In this document: piece by piece, positions 1 through 12,212 of the stretch
Position numbering within the stretch: position 1 is the first letter of the stretch
Layout of the letters: each line of letters begins with the position of its first letter
Assembly: GCA_021802825.1 (NCBI GenBank)
Contig: JAJZRG010000002.1
Span: 92,740 to 156,739, forward strand
Origin: Chloroflexota bacterium
GTDB lineage: Bacteria; Chloroflexota; Limnocylindria; Limnocylindrales; CSP1-4
DNA: 64,000 nt
Direction: 5' to 3'
Position numbers and translations under genes: made by a program
The notes under the pieces: generated by a model
Database searches by the model: none
The model's input: only the letters and a program-made list of their open reading frames with translations
Told to the model about the DNA's origin: nothing

Positions 1-198
1 GACGTCGCCGACCTCGTATGCGGTCGCGGCCGTGACCGGTATGTCCACGACGAGTGCACCGGTGTTGAAGGTCGGCGACATCGAGCCCGAGTCGACGGCG
101 TAGATCCGAACGCCGTTCGACCAGGCGTAGGCGCCGCTGCCCACAACCGTCACGAGGGCCACTAGGGCGATCAGTCCGACGATGCGCCTAAGGTTCAT
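1..198 (-). CDS. Signal peptidase I, SipW-like (S26B type), N-terminal portion only; C-terminus lies beyond the window start
   Basis: Minus-strand ATG at 196-198 translates MNLRRIVGLIALVALVTVVGSGAYAWSNGVRIYAVDSGSMSPTFNTGALVVD...; signal-anchor followed by an SGSMSPT catalytic-serine box typical of ER/archaeal-type signal peptidases. Absent from the ORF track because no stop occurs within the window. Confidence 0.55.
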   Translation of the reverse strand, partial: MNLRRIVGLIALVALVTVVGSGAYAWSNGVRIYAVDSGSMSPTFNTGALVVDIPVTAATAYEVGDV

Positions 199-262
199 GG
201 GGACTTTCTCTGATGACCGGGTGGGCGAGGCAGGCTCGCCCACCCGGCTGGACTTCCCCGTC

Positions 263-1063
263 CTACTGGTTGGAGGAAGGGCCGTACGGGGTTAGGTTCA
301 GCGGGGTGATGGCATTCGCCCCGTTGAACGGGCTGGTCGGGTCAACGCCATTCTGGAAGGCCGCCACCTTGAACAGGAGCGGGCCGGGGGTGATGGGGTA
401 GGTATCGTTGGGGCCGGCGGGGTCCCCGGGCACCCGGAGGATGTCGTTCTCCGCGGGGTTGAAGAGCGCCTCGCCCTGGTGGTCGGTCATGCATGCGTTA
501 TACGTGAACGACATGTTGAAGCTGAAGGTTGCACCTGCGGCGAGGGTCCCGAGATTGACCGCGTGCGGAAGATAGTTGACCGGGATGCGCGGCACCGTGC
601 TGCAGGAGCCGCTCATAAAAGAGCCGGGGATGGCCGCGCCCGCCACGCCGGGGTTGACGGCGACGTACTTGTTGCTGAGGTTGTCGTAGACGAGTGAGCC
701 AACCGTGAACTTGCCGTACTGGCCGAGGTTGTTGACGGCGCTCCACATGCTGTTCGAGTTGTCGAACACGAGCCAGATGGCTTCGGGGTTCGTGGTCGGG
801 TTCGTGACCGTGATGGTGGCCGTCTTGGGCGTGCCCGGCAGGATGCCGCTGAAGTCGAAGGCGACGTTGGCGGGATCGCCGGCGCTTGTCGCGCCGCTGC
901 CCACAACCGAGATTGCGACCGTCCCGTTATTGCCGGCGATCTGCCCCGCATGGCCATCCGTGAAGTAGGCGCCGGTGGTGGCAACAACGCCGCCGAGGAG
1001 TGCTGCTGTGGCGACGACTGTCGTCGCGAGGGCCCCAATGCGCGCGAACTTGCGCTTGTTCAT
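263..1063 (-). CDS. Secreted protein with SipW-cognate class signal peptide (TasA/camelysin-like)
   Basis: Internal start MNKRKFARIGALATTVVATAALLGGVVATTGAYFTDGHAG (ATG 1061-1063, GGAGGGAG RBS); AYFTD motif after the hydrophobic core is the SipW-cognate signature; Thr/Asn/Gly-rich secreted body; lies adjacent to the SipW-like peptidase gene. Confidence 0.6.
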   Translation of the reverse strand: MNKRKFARIGALATTVVATAALLGGVVATTGAYFTDGHAGQIAGNNGTVAISVVGSGATSAGDPANVAFDFSGILPGTPKTATITVTNPTTNPEAIWLVFDNSNSMWSAVNNLGQYGKFTVGSLVYDNLSNKYVAVNPGVAGAAIPGSFMSGSCSTVPRIPVNYLPHAVNLGTLAAGATFSFNMSFTYNACMTDHQGEALFNPAENDILRVPGDPAGPNDTYPITPGPLLFKVAAFQNGVDPTSPFNGANAITPLNLTPYGPSSNQ

Positions 1064-1483
1064 GCTCTGCTCCCTCCAAAGGGGTGGGTGATCGACATCG
1101 CCCCGGCACAGGAGCGATGGCTGGTCGCGACTCCGCGCTAGGCGTTCCCTCCTCCGCCGCCGCCGCCGGCTGGGCGCCGGTGCGTGTCCGTGTAGCCGGG
1201 GAAGTACCGCGTCGCGAGGACGCGGAGTCGCACTACCCGGGATGCACCGAGATCGGTTGGAGCGAGCGCCTGCGTTGCGACGTGAGTCCCACGGCAGGGC
1301 GCCCGACGATGGATCAACCGTCGCGCACATCGCTAGGGCCGCCATCAGGGGAACCCCCGACCCGGGTACGGGTTCCGCCCTCCGTACACTGGTGACGCCT
1401 GTCACCAGCTTGGGGCGATCACCAGCCCGCCCTGGAGATCATCCACGTAGCGGCGAACCCGTAGACAGGTACGTATTCTCCCG

Positions 1484-2017
1484 ATGGCGACCGGAGGCCG
1501 CTCGGCCTACCGTCCGGGGATGGAGCAGCTCGACAGGCCCGCGGCCGCAGTCGGCGAAGCGGACGATGCGATCGAGGGCCAGCCCGCGGTCCGAGATGCC
1601 GACGCGATCCTCGCGCGCGCCGCGAGCGACCAGGCGGCCGCGAGCGCCGCGCGTGACCGCTACCGGACGCAGGCGATGCCGGTGCTCGAACCCGACGCGC
1701 GCATCGCGCCGCTGCTCGTCCGAGACGAGCAGGTCGTCGCCCTGAGGCGTGGCGCGGTCTTCGATCGTCGCCAGCACGGGCGTGGCTCGGGTGTCCCCGC
1801 CGGCATTGCGGGCGCTCTCTACCTGACTGCACGTCGACTCGTTCTCGTCGGCCGAGTGACCCTATCGGTCGACCTGACCGTCATCGAGGAGGTGGGGTTG
1901 TCAGGGGGGCGCGTCGTGCTCGTCTTACGCGACGGCACGAGCGTCCTGGTGGAGGTCGCGCAGCCTCGACTGCTCCGGGTCGAGATCGCTGCTGCGCGCG
2001 CGTCCGCCAAGGTCTGA
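1484..2017 (+). CDS. Hypothetical protein
   Basis: 177-aa ORF with high GC3 codon bias in this frame; no recognisable motif. Confidence 0.4.
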   Translation: MATGGRSAYRPGMEQLDRPAAAVGEADDAIEGQPAVRDADAILARAASDQAAASAARDRYRTQAMPVLEPDARIAPLLVRDEQVVALRRGAVFDRRQHGRGSGVPAGIAGALYLTARRLVLVGRVTLSVDLTVIEEVGLSGGRVVLVLRDGTSVLVEVAQPRLLRVEIAAARASAKV

Positions 2018-2054
2018 CCGCTCGAGGTCTGAGCTTCCAAGGCTCAGTCGGAAC

Positions 2055-2717
2055 TCAGCCCGGCTCGCGGTAGTGCTGCGCGGCCTCGGCTCGATTCCGG
2101 GTGCCGAGCTTGCGCAGGATGCTCCCCACGTGCGTCTCGACGGTGCGCGGCGAGATCGTGAGCGCCTCGCCGATCTCGCGGTCGGTGAGGCCGTCGGCGA
2201 GGAGGCGAAGGACCTCCAGCTCGCGCGGGCTCAGCGACGCGAGCGCTGGGTCGTCGGTCGTCGCCGAGCGCCGCGACGCCTCGACGAACCGGTGGACGAG
2301 GCGTGCGGCGAGCCTCCGCGGCATCGCCAGCTCGCCGGTGTTGGCGCTGCGCACGGCGCGAAGCAGTGCGTCGGGTGCCAGCTCTTTGGTCAAGTAGCCG
2401 GCCGCCCCATGGCGCATGGCGTTGACGAGGTGGTGGTCGGCGCTCGACACCGTGAGCATTACGATGCGGGTGTCTGGGAGCCGCGGCGCCAGTTCGCGTA
2501 CCAGGTCCACGCCGTCCATGCCCGGCAGGTCGATGTCGACGAGGAGCACGTCGGGGCGCACGTGAGGTGCCAGCTGCAGCGCCTCCTCCGCCGTCGCTGC
2601 CTCGGCCACCATCTCGACATCGGGAGCGGTGATCGCCTGACGCACGGCAGCCCGCACGAGCGCGTGGTCGTCGACCAACATCACGCGCAGGCGGGCGGAG
2701 CGCGGGGCCGGGATCAC
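2055..2717 (-). CDS. Two-component response regulator, NarL/LuxR family
   Basis: N-terminal receiver (VMLVDDHALVR...DIDLPGMDG) plus C-terminal LuxR HTH (LSPRELEVLRLLADGLTDREIGEALTISPRTVETHVGSILRKLG); GTG start overlaps the stop of the upstream kinase (GTGA). Confidence 0.9.
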   Translation of the reverse strand: MIPAPRSARLRVMLVDDHALVRAAVRQAITAPDVEMVAEAATAEEALQLAPHVRPDVLLVDIDLPGMDGVDLVRELAPRLPDTRIVMLTVSSADHHLVNAMRHGAAGYLTKELAPDALLRAVRSANTGELAMPRRLAARLVHRFVEASRRSATTDDPALASLSPRELEVLRLLADGLTDREIGEALTISPRTVETHVGSILRKLGTRNRAEAAQHYREPG

Positions 2718-4240
2718 AAAGCGCCTGCGCGCACCGGCGCGGGGACGGGCGAGACCGGCACGAGGAGGCTGACGCGCGTCCCGTCGCTCGGCTGCGATTC
2801 GATGCGCAGCTCGCCGCCCATCAGGGCGGCACGCTCCCGCATGCTGGCCAGGCCGAAGGCTGACGGACCGACCGTGTCGGGGTCGAACCCCCGGCCGTTG
2901 TCCGCGACGACGACGACGAGCCGTCCGTCATCCACGGCGACCTTCACTCGCACGACGGTCGCATCGGCATGGCGTCGGACGTTGCTGAGGGCCTCCTGCA
3001 TGATCCGGAGGGCCTCGGCATAGGCCCGCGGCGACAGCTCGGGGAGATCCGGCTGGCATTCCAGCTCGGCGCGCAGGCCGAACCGGTCGGCGAACTCGTC
3101 GATTGAGCGGGACATCAGCTCGCACAGCGACCCGACCGGCTCGCCGGACAGCCGCAGGGCGGCCACGGCCTGCTGCGCCTCCGCGAGCCCGGTGTCGACC
3201 GCGTCTCCCACCTCGCCCGCGAGGGCGCGACCCTCCGCGCCGAGGTCCGGCAGCCCGGCCAGCCGTCTGATCTTGAGCTTCGCGAGCCACAGGTCCTGCG
3301 CGAGGCCGTCGTGCAACTCGCGGGCGAGGCGGGCGCGCTCCTCGAGTCCAGCGCGTTCCAGTTCCACAACCCGAAGCCGGGCAAGCTCGTCGTTGGCGGC
3401 CTGGAGCCTTGACAGCGCAGCTCTGGCCTCGGCCTGGATGCCGAGCAGAAGGATCACGTCGAAGCTGAGCCGGAGCAGATCCCCGGCCGACACGAGCCCC
3501 GTGTAGGCTCCAGGGTAGATCGCGGTGTCCACCTGCGCGAACGCAGCGAAGACCAGACCGACGGCGAGGTACCCCTCACTGACCGACCGGTCACGGCGAT
3601 GCAGTCGCCGTGCGGCCCCGGCCGCCCACAGGAACAACGCCGCGCCCAGGATCTGGACCGCGGCGCCCAAGGGCATCGGCCTGGGCAGGAGCGAGCTGAC
3701 GTCGGCTGGGTTGCCTGACAGCCCGGGCGCGTCGAGTGAGCCCAGGGATGGCAGCCGGTCCGCCCCAACCTGTACGAGGGCGAACATGATCACGACTGCC
3801 AATCCCGACCCGACCACGATGGCTCCCGCATGGTTGAGACGCCACGCGCGGAGCGAACCGATGCCGCCCAGCACCATGAGCGCCGCCGCGAACACCCGGG
3901 CGACCGAGAAGTCGTACAGGGGCGCCTGACCGGGTGCAGCCAGCGTCATCCCGGCCTGACGGTCAAGGCCGGTGATCATGAGGGTCACGGCCGACCCGTT
4001 CGCGATCGCGAGCACCAGGAACGCCGCGGCCCGCAAGGGTGCCACGCGCTCCCCCCGTTGGCGATAGCTGACCCACTCCAGAGCGGCCACGGCGAGGGTC
4101 ACGACGGTCGTGAGGGTACTCAGCACGAGGTCCAGTGGCGTCGCGAGGAAGCGCACCCGGAGCACGGGGATCGCGACGGACCCCGACACGCCGACCGCAA
4201 GGACGGCCACCACGACGATCAGGACGCCGTCGAGGGACAT
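2714..4240 (-). CDS. Sensor histidine kinase (HisKA_3 type) with multi-TM N-terminal domain
   Basis: ELHDGLAQDLWLAKL H-box, HATPase region (ALSNVRRHADAT...VADNGRGF); several N-terminal TM helices; start taken at ATG 4238-4240 (MSLDGVLIVVV); exact start uncertain. Confidence 0.8.
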   Translation of the reverse strand: MSLDGVLIVVVAVLAVGVSGSVAIPVLRVRFLATPLDLVLSTLTTVVTLAVAALEWVSYRQRGERVAPLRAAAFLVLAIANGSAVTLMITGLDRQAGMTLAAPGQAPLYDFSVARVFAAALMVLGGIGSLRAWRLNHAGAIVVGSGLAVVIMFALVQVGADRLPSLGSLDAPGLSGNPADVSSLLPRPMPLGAAVQILGAALFLWAAGAARRLHRRDRSVSEGYLAVGLVFAAFAQVDTAIYPGAYTGLVSAGDLLRLSFDVILLLGIQAEARAALSRLQAANDELARLRVVELERAGLEERARLARELHDGLAQDLWLAKLKIRRLAGLPDLGAEGRALAGEVGDAVDTGLAEAQQAVAALRLSGEPVGSLCELMSRSIDEFADRFGLRAELECQPDLPELSPRAYAEALRIMQEALSNVRRHADATVVRVKVAVDDGRLVVVVADNGRGFDPDTVGPSAFGLASMRERAALMGGELRIESQPSDGTRVSLLVPVSPVPAPVRAGAL

Positions 4241-4626
4241 CGCGCGCTGTCGGAAGGGGACGAGAGGAGGCGGCGCCGGGCTGCCGATCGAAGGTCCTCC
4301 CTCCCATTCGCCGCTCTGCCACGTGGCGCTGAGCCGTCGAACCCGCTCGCGCCGGGTCCCACGCCGCGCTGATCGAGCCTTTGACCCATTCCCGTCGGTC
4401 ATGCCCGGCCAGAAGGCCTTGGGCATACCGAAGGGGCGGTCGTCGCCGCGGCCAAGGTACTCCTTTGTGGGCGCCTAGTGTGGGTGCCGTGTGCCTTCGC
4501 CCGCCCTGGCTTGCCGGTGCGAGTTGGGGCGCGCGGGAGCCGAGGCGAGCATCGGTCAACGGGGCGGCATCGGCGAAAGCGCGGCCTAATGGCGACGTGG
4601 CCGCGCGCTAAGCGCCCCTCGCCACC

Positions 4627-5337
4627 ATGCCGCCCATGGACGAGCGAGATCGACGACGAGCCAACCGGCGGCGACGGGCCGGCAAGGACTATCCGGCCGA
4701 GGACCTCGGCAACGGCGTGGAGGTGGCGACGGCCGAATCGGTGATGCGCGCTGTGGGCTCCCTGCCAAGGGACCTCGGCTGGGACGAGCTGGCGCCATCG
4801 GTGATCCCGGTGCTGCCCCGGCGACGCCCGATGCCGCAGGCGACGGGCGAGCCGTTCCGCGTCACGCTGCCACCGGGCATCTCGACCGGCTTCGGGATCG
4901 ACATCGGGCCGGCATTCCTGATGGTGGGCACGCAGCTGATGGCGAGTTGGCCGATCGAGTCCGTCGACCTCGTCGCGCGGGCGCTCTCGAACCTGCGTGA
5001 TCGCATGCGTCCGGTCCGCGCCCGCGACCTCCTCGCGATGCAGATCGACGGCACGCCGGTGCGCGTGCTCCAGACGGGCCTCGGCTGCGCCTCCGCGCTC
5101 GTCCTGCTGCCCGACGAGATCCGCCGCGTCTTCGGCCCGCGGGCCCAGTGCCTGCTCACGCCGATGCGCGACCTGGTGGTCTCGGTCCCGCCCGCCACGG
5201 ACCGCGGGTTCGCCGCGTGGCTCAACGAGGAGCTCGCCACGATGGACCCGAACGGGCTCGCGCTCGACGCCTTCGTGTTCGACGGCGACCTCCTCCGCTA
5301 CGAGCGGCTGCCGCAACCGGGCCCCGCCCAGCGCTGA
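4627..5337 (+). CDS. Hypothetical protein
   Basis: 236-aa ORF with coding-like GC3; no recognisable motif. Confidence 0.45.
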   Translation: MPPMDERDRRRANRRRRAGKDYPAEDLGNGVEVATAESVMRAVGSLPRDLGWDELAPSVIPVLPRRRPMPQATGEPFRVTLPPGISTGFGIDIGPAFLMVGTQLMASWPIESVDLVARALSNLRDRMRPVRARDLLAMQIDGTPVRVLQTGLGCASALVLLPDEIRRVFGPRAQCLLTPMRDLVVSVPPATDRGFAAWLNEELATMDPNGLALDAFVFDGDLLRYERLPQPGPAQR

Positions 5338-5474
5338 CGCCGCCTGACGCCGCATCCGCCTGACGCCGCCTCCGCCGCGCGCGGGGGCCGAGCAGCGGCG
5401 ACCGGGCTGGCACACACTTCGGGCGACGGCTGCGCGCGTGCAATTGGAGCGCACCGCGAAGGGGAGAACCACGC

Positions 5475-6470
5475 ATGCTGAACGCGCTCATCCTGCTGCT
5501 CGGGATCGTGATCCTGGTCGCCAGTATCGGCTTCGGGATCCTGCTGCCAGCCGCCCGCACGGCCGGGGTGGCCAGCCCGCGCAACGTCACGCCCGGCAAG
5601 GTCGCGCCCGTGCGCGGCCGGCATGTCGCCCTCGGCGTGCTCGGGTCGTTCATCGGCGGGCTGCTGGTGATCGTCGGGGCGGCGGCGCCGTTCGTCGAGG
5701 TCCCGGCGGGCAACGTGGGCGTGCTGATGAACTTCGGCCAGGTGCAGGCCGGCACGCTCGAGCCCGGGCTGCACATCGTCACGCCGATCGTCCAGCACGT
5801 CGCCTACGTGGACACCCGTGTCCAGCCGCACCAGTTCCAGGAGATCGACGCCGCGTCCAAGGAGTACCAGACGGTCAAGCTGACGGGCACGATGAACTAC
5901 CACGTGGACGGCCAGTACGCGTCCGACCTCTACCAGCGGGTGGGCACCGACTTCGCGTCCAAGGTGATCGACCCCGCGTTCAACGACTACATCAAGGCCG
6001 TCGTGCCAACCTACACGGTGGACAGCATCCTGGGGGCCCGGGACGAGATCCGATCGAAGGCGAAGGAGGCGCTCGCCGTCAACCTCGCCCAGTACCACAT
6101 CATCGTGGACGACATCTACATCGCCAACATCTCGTTCAGCGATTCCTTCCAGCAGGCGATCGAGCAGAAGCAGGTCGCCCAGCAGCAGGTCCAGACCGAG
6201 CAGCAGGTGCTCGCGCAGAAGCAGATCCAGGCGCAGCAGGCGGTCGTCGCGGCTCAGGGCCAGGCGGACGCGCAGGTCGCGCTGGCCAAGGGCCAGGCGC
6301 AGTCGAACGACCTCGTCAACTCGTCGCTGTCGGACAAGGTGCTCCAGTATCAGCTGATCAACAAGCTGTCGGACAAGATCAACGTGATGCTCGTGCCGTC
6401 GGGCAACGGGTTCATCCTCGACCTCAAGAGCCTCACGGGGAGCAGCCCCTCGCCATCCGCCGCTCCGTAG
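5475..6470 (+). CDS. SPFH/band-7 (prohibitin/HflC-like) membrane protein
   Basis: N-terminal TM, SPFH core (NVGVLMNFGQVQAGTLEPGLHIVTPIVQHVAYVDTRVQ), Q/A-rich coiled-coil tail (EQKQVAQQQVQTEQQVLAQKQIQAQQAVVAAQGQADAQ); RBS AAGGGGAGA. Confidence 0.85.
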   Translation: MLNALILLLGIVILVASIGFGILLPAARTAGVASPRNVTPGKVAPVRGRHVALGVLGSFIGGLLVIVGAAAPFVEVPAGNVGVLMNFGQVQAGTLEPGLHIVTPIVQHVAYVDTRVQPHQFQEIDAASKEYQTVKLTGTMNYHVDGQYASDLYQRVGTDFASKVIDPAFNDYIKAVVPTYTVDSILGARDEIRSKAKEALAVNLAQYHIIVDDIYIANISFSDSFQQAIEQKQVAQQQVQTEQQVLAQKQIQAQQAVVAAQGQADAQVALAKGQAQSNDLVNSSLSDKVLQYQLINKLSDKINVMLVPSGNGFILDLKSLTGSSPSPSAAP

Positions 6471-6734
6471 CGGGTGAGCGGCCAGGAAGTGCCCTCCCGA
6501 TGCGGGCGAGGCCCGAGACCGGCCCGGGCGGCGGGCATCGGACGCAGGCCGAAACGGCGGCGCCAGCGCGACACCCAATGGGCTCTGGGTGCCTCGGGGG
6601 TATGCAGGTGGCCCGTCCGGCAACGCGCCACCTACAGTTCGACCCGTCCTGAGGGCCGGTCCTGCGCCCCGGGCTGAGCCGCCCGAGACGCAGCACCCGT
6701 CCGCGCCCGCACGGCTGGCGCGGCTGCCCGACAC

Positions 6735-8141
6735 TTGGCGCATGCCTCCAACAGCACGGGCCCGCGCCTCTTGACCCCGGCACCCGCCCGCCGCCGCCGG
6801 CTCGGCAGCCTCCTCGTGGACTCCACGCCGCTCCGGCTCGACCGCGACTTCCGCCTGCTCTGGACCGGCCAGGCCATCACGACCGTCGGCCGGATGATCA
6901 CCTCGGTCGTCCTCCCGTACCAGGTGTACGTCCTCACCGGCGACCTGCTGATACTCGGCGCGCTGTCGCTCGTCCAGCTCGTGCCGATCCTGGCCTTTGC
7001 CCTGGGCGGGGGAGCCATCGCCGACGCCGTGGACCGCAGGCGCCTGCTGCTGGTCACCCAGCTGGGCCTCGCCGCCTCGAGTGTCGCGCTCGTCCTGCTG
7101 GCGACGTTGCCGGCACCGCCGATCCTGGGCATCTTCGCCGCGGCGTTCGCCCAGGCCGGGTTCGGCGCCGTGGATCAGCCCGCCCGAGCGTCGGCGCTCC
7201 CTCGGCTCGTCCCGCCCGAGCGCCTGCCGGCCGCGATCTCGCTCAGCCAGATCGTGTTCAACGGGGCCGCGGTCATCGGCCCCGCGCTCGGCGGCGTGCT
7301 GCTTTCGCTGACCAGCGTGGCAGCGTGCTACTTCGTCGATGTGGTGACGTTCGCGGCGGCCATCACCGCTGTCCTCCTGATCCAGCCGATCCCGCCCCAC
7401 CCCTCTGCGGTGCGCCCGAGCCTGCGGGCCGTCAAGGAGGGGCTCAGGTTCGCGCGCCGCCGCCGGCCCGTCCTCGCGACGTTCATCGTGGACATCAACG
7501 CCATGGTCTTTGGCTCGCCCCGCTCGCTGTTCGCCCCGCTCGCGCTCGACGTGTTCCGTGTCGGGCCGGCGGGTGTCGGGCTCATGTCCGCGGCCGCCGG
7601 CCTGGGCGGGTTCGTGGCGTCCATCCTCTCGGGCTGGACCGCCCATGTTCGGCGACCCGGTCTCGCGGTGCTGGTCGCGGTGGGGTTCTGGAGCCTCGGC
7701 ATCGTGGGCTTTGGCCTCGCCACGTTCAGCTTCCCGCTCGCGCTGCTGTTCCTCGCCATCGCGGCGGGCGCCGACGTGTTCAGCGCCGTCCTCCGCAGCT
7801 CGATCGTCCAGCTGCTCACCCCCGACGCGCTCCGCGGCCGGGTCTCGTCGATCCACATCCTCGTGGTGACCGGCGGCCCGCGGATCGGCGACGCGGAGGC
7901 GAGCGCTGCGGCGGCCCTGCTGGGCACCCAGCTGTCCGTGGTGACCGGCGGCCTGCTCTCGCTCGTGGGCGTGGTGCTTCTCCGCTTCGCGATGCCGGAG
8001 TTCGCCTGGCTCGACATGGCCGACGCCACCGCAGCGGCCGCGCAGGAGGAGGCGGGCCACGAGGCGGACGACCGTGCCCACGAGGCGCGGGCTGCCAGGG
8101 CGGCGAGCGAGGCGCTGCGGGAGCTCGAGGAGGTCGAGTAG
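6735..8141 (+). CDS. MFS transporter
   Basis: 12-TM-like hydropathy; MFS motif region ([25 protein letters not shown]...); acidic C-terminal tail. Confidence 0.8.
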   Translation: MAHASNSTGPRLLTPAPARRRRLGSLLVDSTPLRLDRDFRLLWTGQAITTVGRMITSVVLPYQVYVLTGDLLILGALSLVQLVPILAFALGGGAIADAVDRRRLLLVTQLGLAASSVALVLLATLPAPPILGIFAAAFAQAGFGAVDQPARASALPRLVPPERLPAAISLSQIVFNGAAVIGPALGGVLLSLTSVAACYFVDVVTFAAAITAVLLIQPIPPHPSAVRPSLRAVKEGLRFARRRRPVLATFIVDINAMVFGSPRSLFAPLALDVFRVGPAGVGLMSAAAGLGGFVASILSGWTAHVRRPGLAVLVAVGFWSLGIVGFGLATFSFPLALLFLAIAAGADVFSAVLRSSIVQLLTPDALRGRVSSIHILVVTGGPRIGDAEASAAAALLGTQLSVVTGGLLSLVGVVLLRFAMPEFAWLDMADATAAAAQEEAGHEADDRAHEARAARAASEALRELEEVE

Positions 8142-8400
8142 CCGCGGTCCGCGTTCCGATCTCGCCGGGTCGGTCCGTGCGGCCGTCAAGGCGATCAACG
8201 CGGCGCGCATGGCGCTGGCCGGCGACGGCGCACCACGTCTCGCTCGAGGCGGCGATCGCGACGATGTGCCAGACGGGCGCCGACATGCACTGCAAGCACA
8301 AGGAGACGTCGAGCGGCGGCCTGGCCCTCAACGCGATCGAGTGCTGGGGGTCGGCCGGCGGCCGCGCCGATAAGCGGTCGCCCGGCCAGTGCTCGCCCGG

Positions 8401-9114
8401 CTAGTGCTCGGTCGCCACCAGTCCCGTGGAATCGGACCCGTCGAAGTCGGGGTCCGACCGCCACACGGCCGCGATCGCCGAGCCCACTGCACCCACGGCC
8501 AGCACCAGCCCCGGCAGCAGCAGCGGAAGGATCGCGGTGGGCGCCGACTGGTCCGCGCGCCCGCCCGGGGGCGTCCCCAGCGCCAGGCCGGTCGCCGCGA
8601 GCCCCACACCCACCGCGAACACCACGGCTCGGCGCGTTCGGCCGGGATGGCGGCGCATGACCGCCAGGGCTCTGTCGATGACGTCGGGCTCGACGTCATC
8701 ACGACCATACCGATCCCATAGCCGGGCCCCGCTGCCGCCCGCGCCCACGACAATCGCGAGGCCGAGGAGCAGGAGCGGCAGGTTCACCACGAGCCCGAGC
8801 GGCGAGTTGCCACCGTTCCAGCTGGGATCGTGCGAGCCGACGACGAACGCGGCCGCGGCCACCAGCACGCCGAGCGCCATGGTGGCGACGTGCGCGATGA
8901 CGAGCGGCCGGACGGAGCGATGCCAGACCTTCGGCCGGCGGACGGGCTGCGAGCGGTACAGCCCCACCCAAGCGCTGACGATCCAGGCCAGGAACGCGAG
9001 GACCAGCAGCAACAGCAGGAGGGGGATCAGCACGATCAGCTTGCCCCAGTCGGGCGTGATGACCGGCGCGAGCAGGAACAGGACGCCGTTCCAGAAGCTG
9101 TCCAGCGGGCTCAT
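8401..9114 (-). CDS. Hypothetical integral membrane protein (cta operon accessory?)
   Basis: 237 aa with several TM segments, co-directional and contiguous with ctaC-ctaD-ctaE; start overlaps the upstream ORF stop. Confidence 0.55.
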   Translation of the reverse strand: MSPLDSFWNGVLFLLAPVITPDWGKLIVLIPLLLLLLVLAFLAWIVSAWVGLYRSQPVRRPKVWHRSVRPLVIAHVATMALGVLVAAAAFVVGSHDPSWNGGNSPLGLVVNLPLLLLGLAIVVGAGGSGARLWDRYGRDDVEPDVIDRALAVMRRHPGRTRRAVVFAVGVGLAATGLALGTPPGGRADQSAPTAILPLLLPGLVLAVGAVGSAIAAVWRSDPDFDGSDSTGLVATEH

Positions 9115-9707
9115 CAGGCTGCCTCGGGGTCCATTTCGAGATTGCGGAAGACCGTGGTGCCCGCGAATAGCACGAGGCCGATGGGCACCGACACCAGGAT
9201 CGTGATCAGGATGCCGTCCACCAGCCCGGGCCGGGGTGTCACGATGAGGCCGAGGCTGCCCGACCTGTGGATGCTGCAGGCGAACACGCTCGCGACCGGC
9301 GAGTCGGCCGCGATCGTCAGGGCCATGCCCGGCTTGACCGACCAGCCGCCGATCGTGTGGGTGACCACGTCGTCGTTGACCAGGACCAGCCGGTCGCCCT
9401 GGGTCAGGGAGATCTGCGAGGGGATGGCGCTCGGTTTGCCGGCCGCGAGCAGGGCCGCGGTGCCCCGCGGGATGGTGAGCTGCACATCGCGCGGCGGCGC
9501 CACCACCTCGGCGCCGAACGAGGTCCAGGCGACGGCCACCAGCATGGCGCCCATCACGAACCCCGACACCAGCGACCCGGCGAGCACGCGTCCCGAGAAC
9601 CAGCCGGGGAGCCGGTGCCGGAGGCCTCGGGCGACCCGGGCGGGGGCGAGGTGCAGCTCGGCTGCGGTCACAGCAGGTAGAGCATCGGGAACACGATCGC
9701 GAGCCAC
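9114..9707 (-). CDS. Hypothetical membrane protein (cta operon accessory?)
   Basis: 197 aa, two or three TM segments; annotated start overlaps the ctaE 3' end by about 40 nt, so the true start may lie further downstream. Confidence 0.45.
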   Translation of the reverse strand: MARDRVPDALPAVTAAELHLAPARVARGLRHRLPGWFSGRVLAGSLVSGFVMGAMLVAVAWTSFGAEVVAPPRDVQLTIPRGTAALLAAGKPSAIPSQISLTQGDRLVLVNDDVVTHTIGGWSVKPGMALTIAADSPVASVFACSIHRSGSLGLIVTPRPGLVDGILITILVSVPIGLVLFAGTTVFRNLEMDPEAA

Positions 9708-10284
9708 ATCACGTCAACGAACGTCCAGTACCGGACGACCGCCGTGATGCCCCAGTGGTCACCGGGCCCGAACTGGCCCCTGCGCAGCAGGTTCGCGGCG
9801 AGCAGCAGCCCGATGAGCCCCGTGACCAGGTGGAACACGTGGAGCCCGGTCATCGAGAAGAACGCCGTGCCGAACGGCGAGTTCTGGCTGAACTCCGCGG
9901 TCCGCCACTCGACGGCCACCCCGCCGATGAACACGATGCCCAGCAGGCTCGCCAGTAGCAGCGCGGTCATCGCGCGGCGCCGATTTCCCCGCTCGATCGC
10001 GCCCGTGGCCTGGTAGCCCAGCCAGGACGAGGCCAGCAGGATGACCGTCAGGACGAGGCCGAGCCCGATGTTGACCTCGCCCTTGTCCGGCCCGTTGAAG
10101 CCGTTGAGGTAGAGCCGCGCCGCCGCCATCGCGAAGAACAGCATCGACTCCGAGGCCATGAACAGCCACAGCCCCATCCGGTTGATGCCGGCGCGGTCGT
10201 GCTCCTCCTCGTGGTGCGCGACGTGGGACTCCTCGTGGTGCGCGACGCGGAGCTCGTGCTCCTCGGCGGCCAGCGGCATGGTCG

Positions 10285-10288
<4 letters not shown>
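9668..10288 (-). CDS. ctaE: Cytochrome c oxidase subunit III
   Basis: Subunit III fold (GLWLFMASESMLFFAMAAARLYL...FFSMTGLHVFHLVTGLIGLL...WTFVDVMWLAIVFPMLYLL); His/Glu-rich N-terminal extension. Confidence 0.9.
10205..10252. repeat. Tandem duplication (24-bp period) inside the ctaE 5' end, encoding (L/S)(R/H)VAHHEE x2
   Basis: ctcctcgtggtgcgcgacgtggga / ctcctcgtggtgcgcgacgcggag read directly on the plus strand. Confidence 0.7.
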
Positions 10289-12210
<1,922 letters not shown>

Positions 12211-12212
12211 CG

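Noticed and set aside
5298-8210. 970-aa minus-strand ORF spanning the SPFH and MFS genes
   Set aside because: Arg/Asp/Glu/Gly-rich low-complexity translation typical of an antisense frame in high-GC DNA; the plus-strand genes have clear family motifs.
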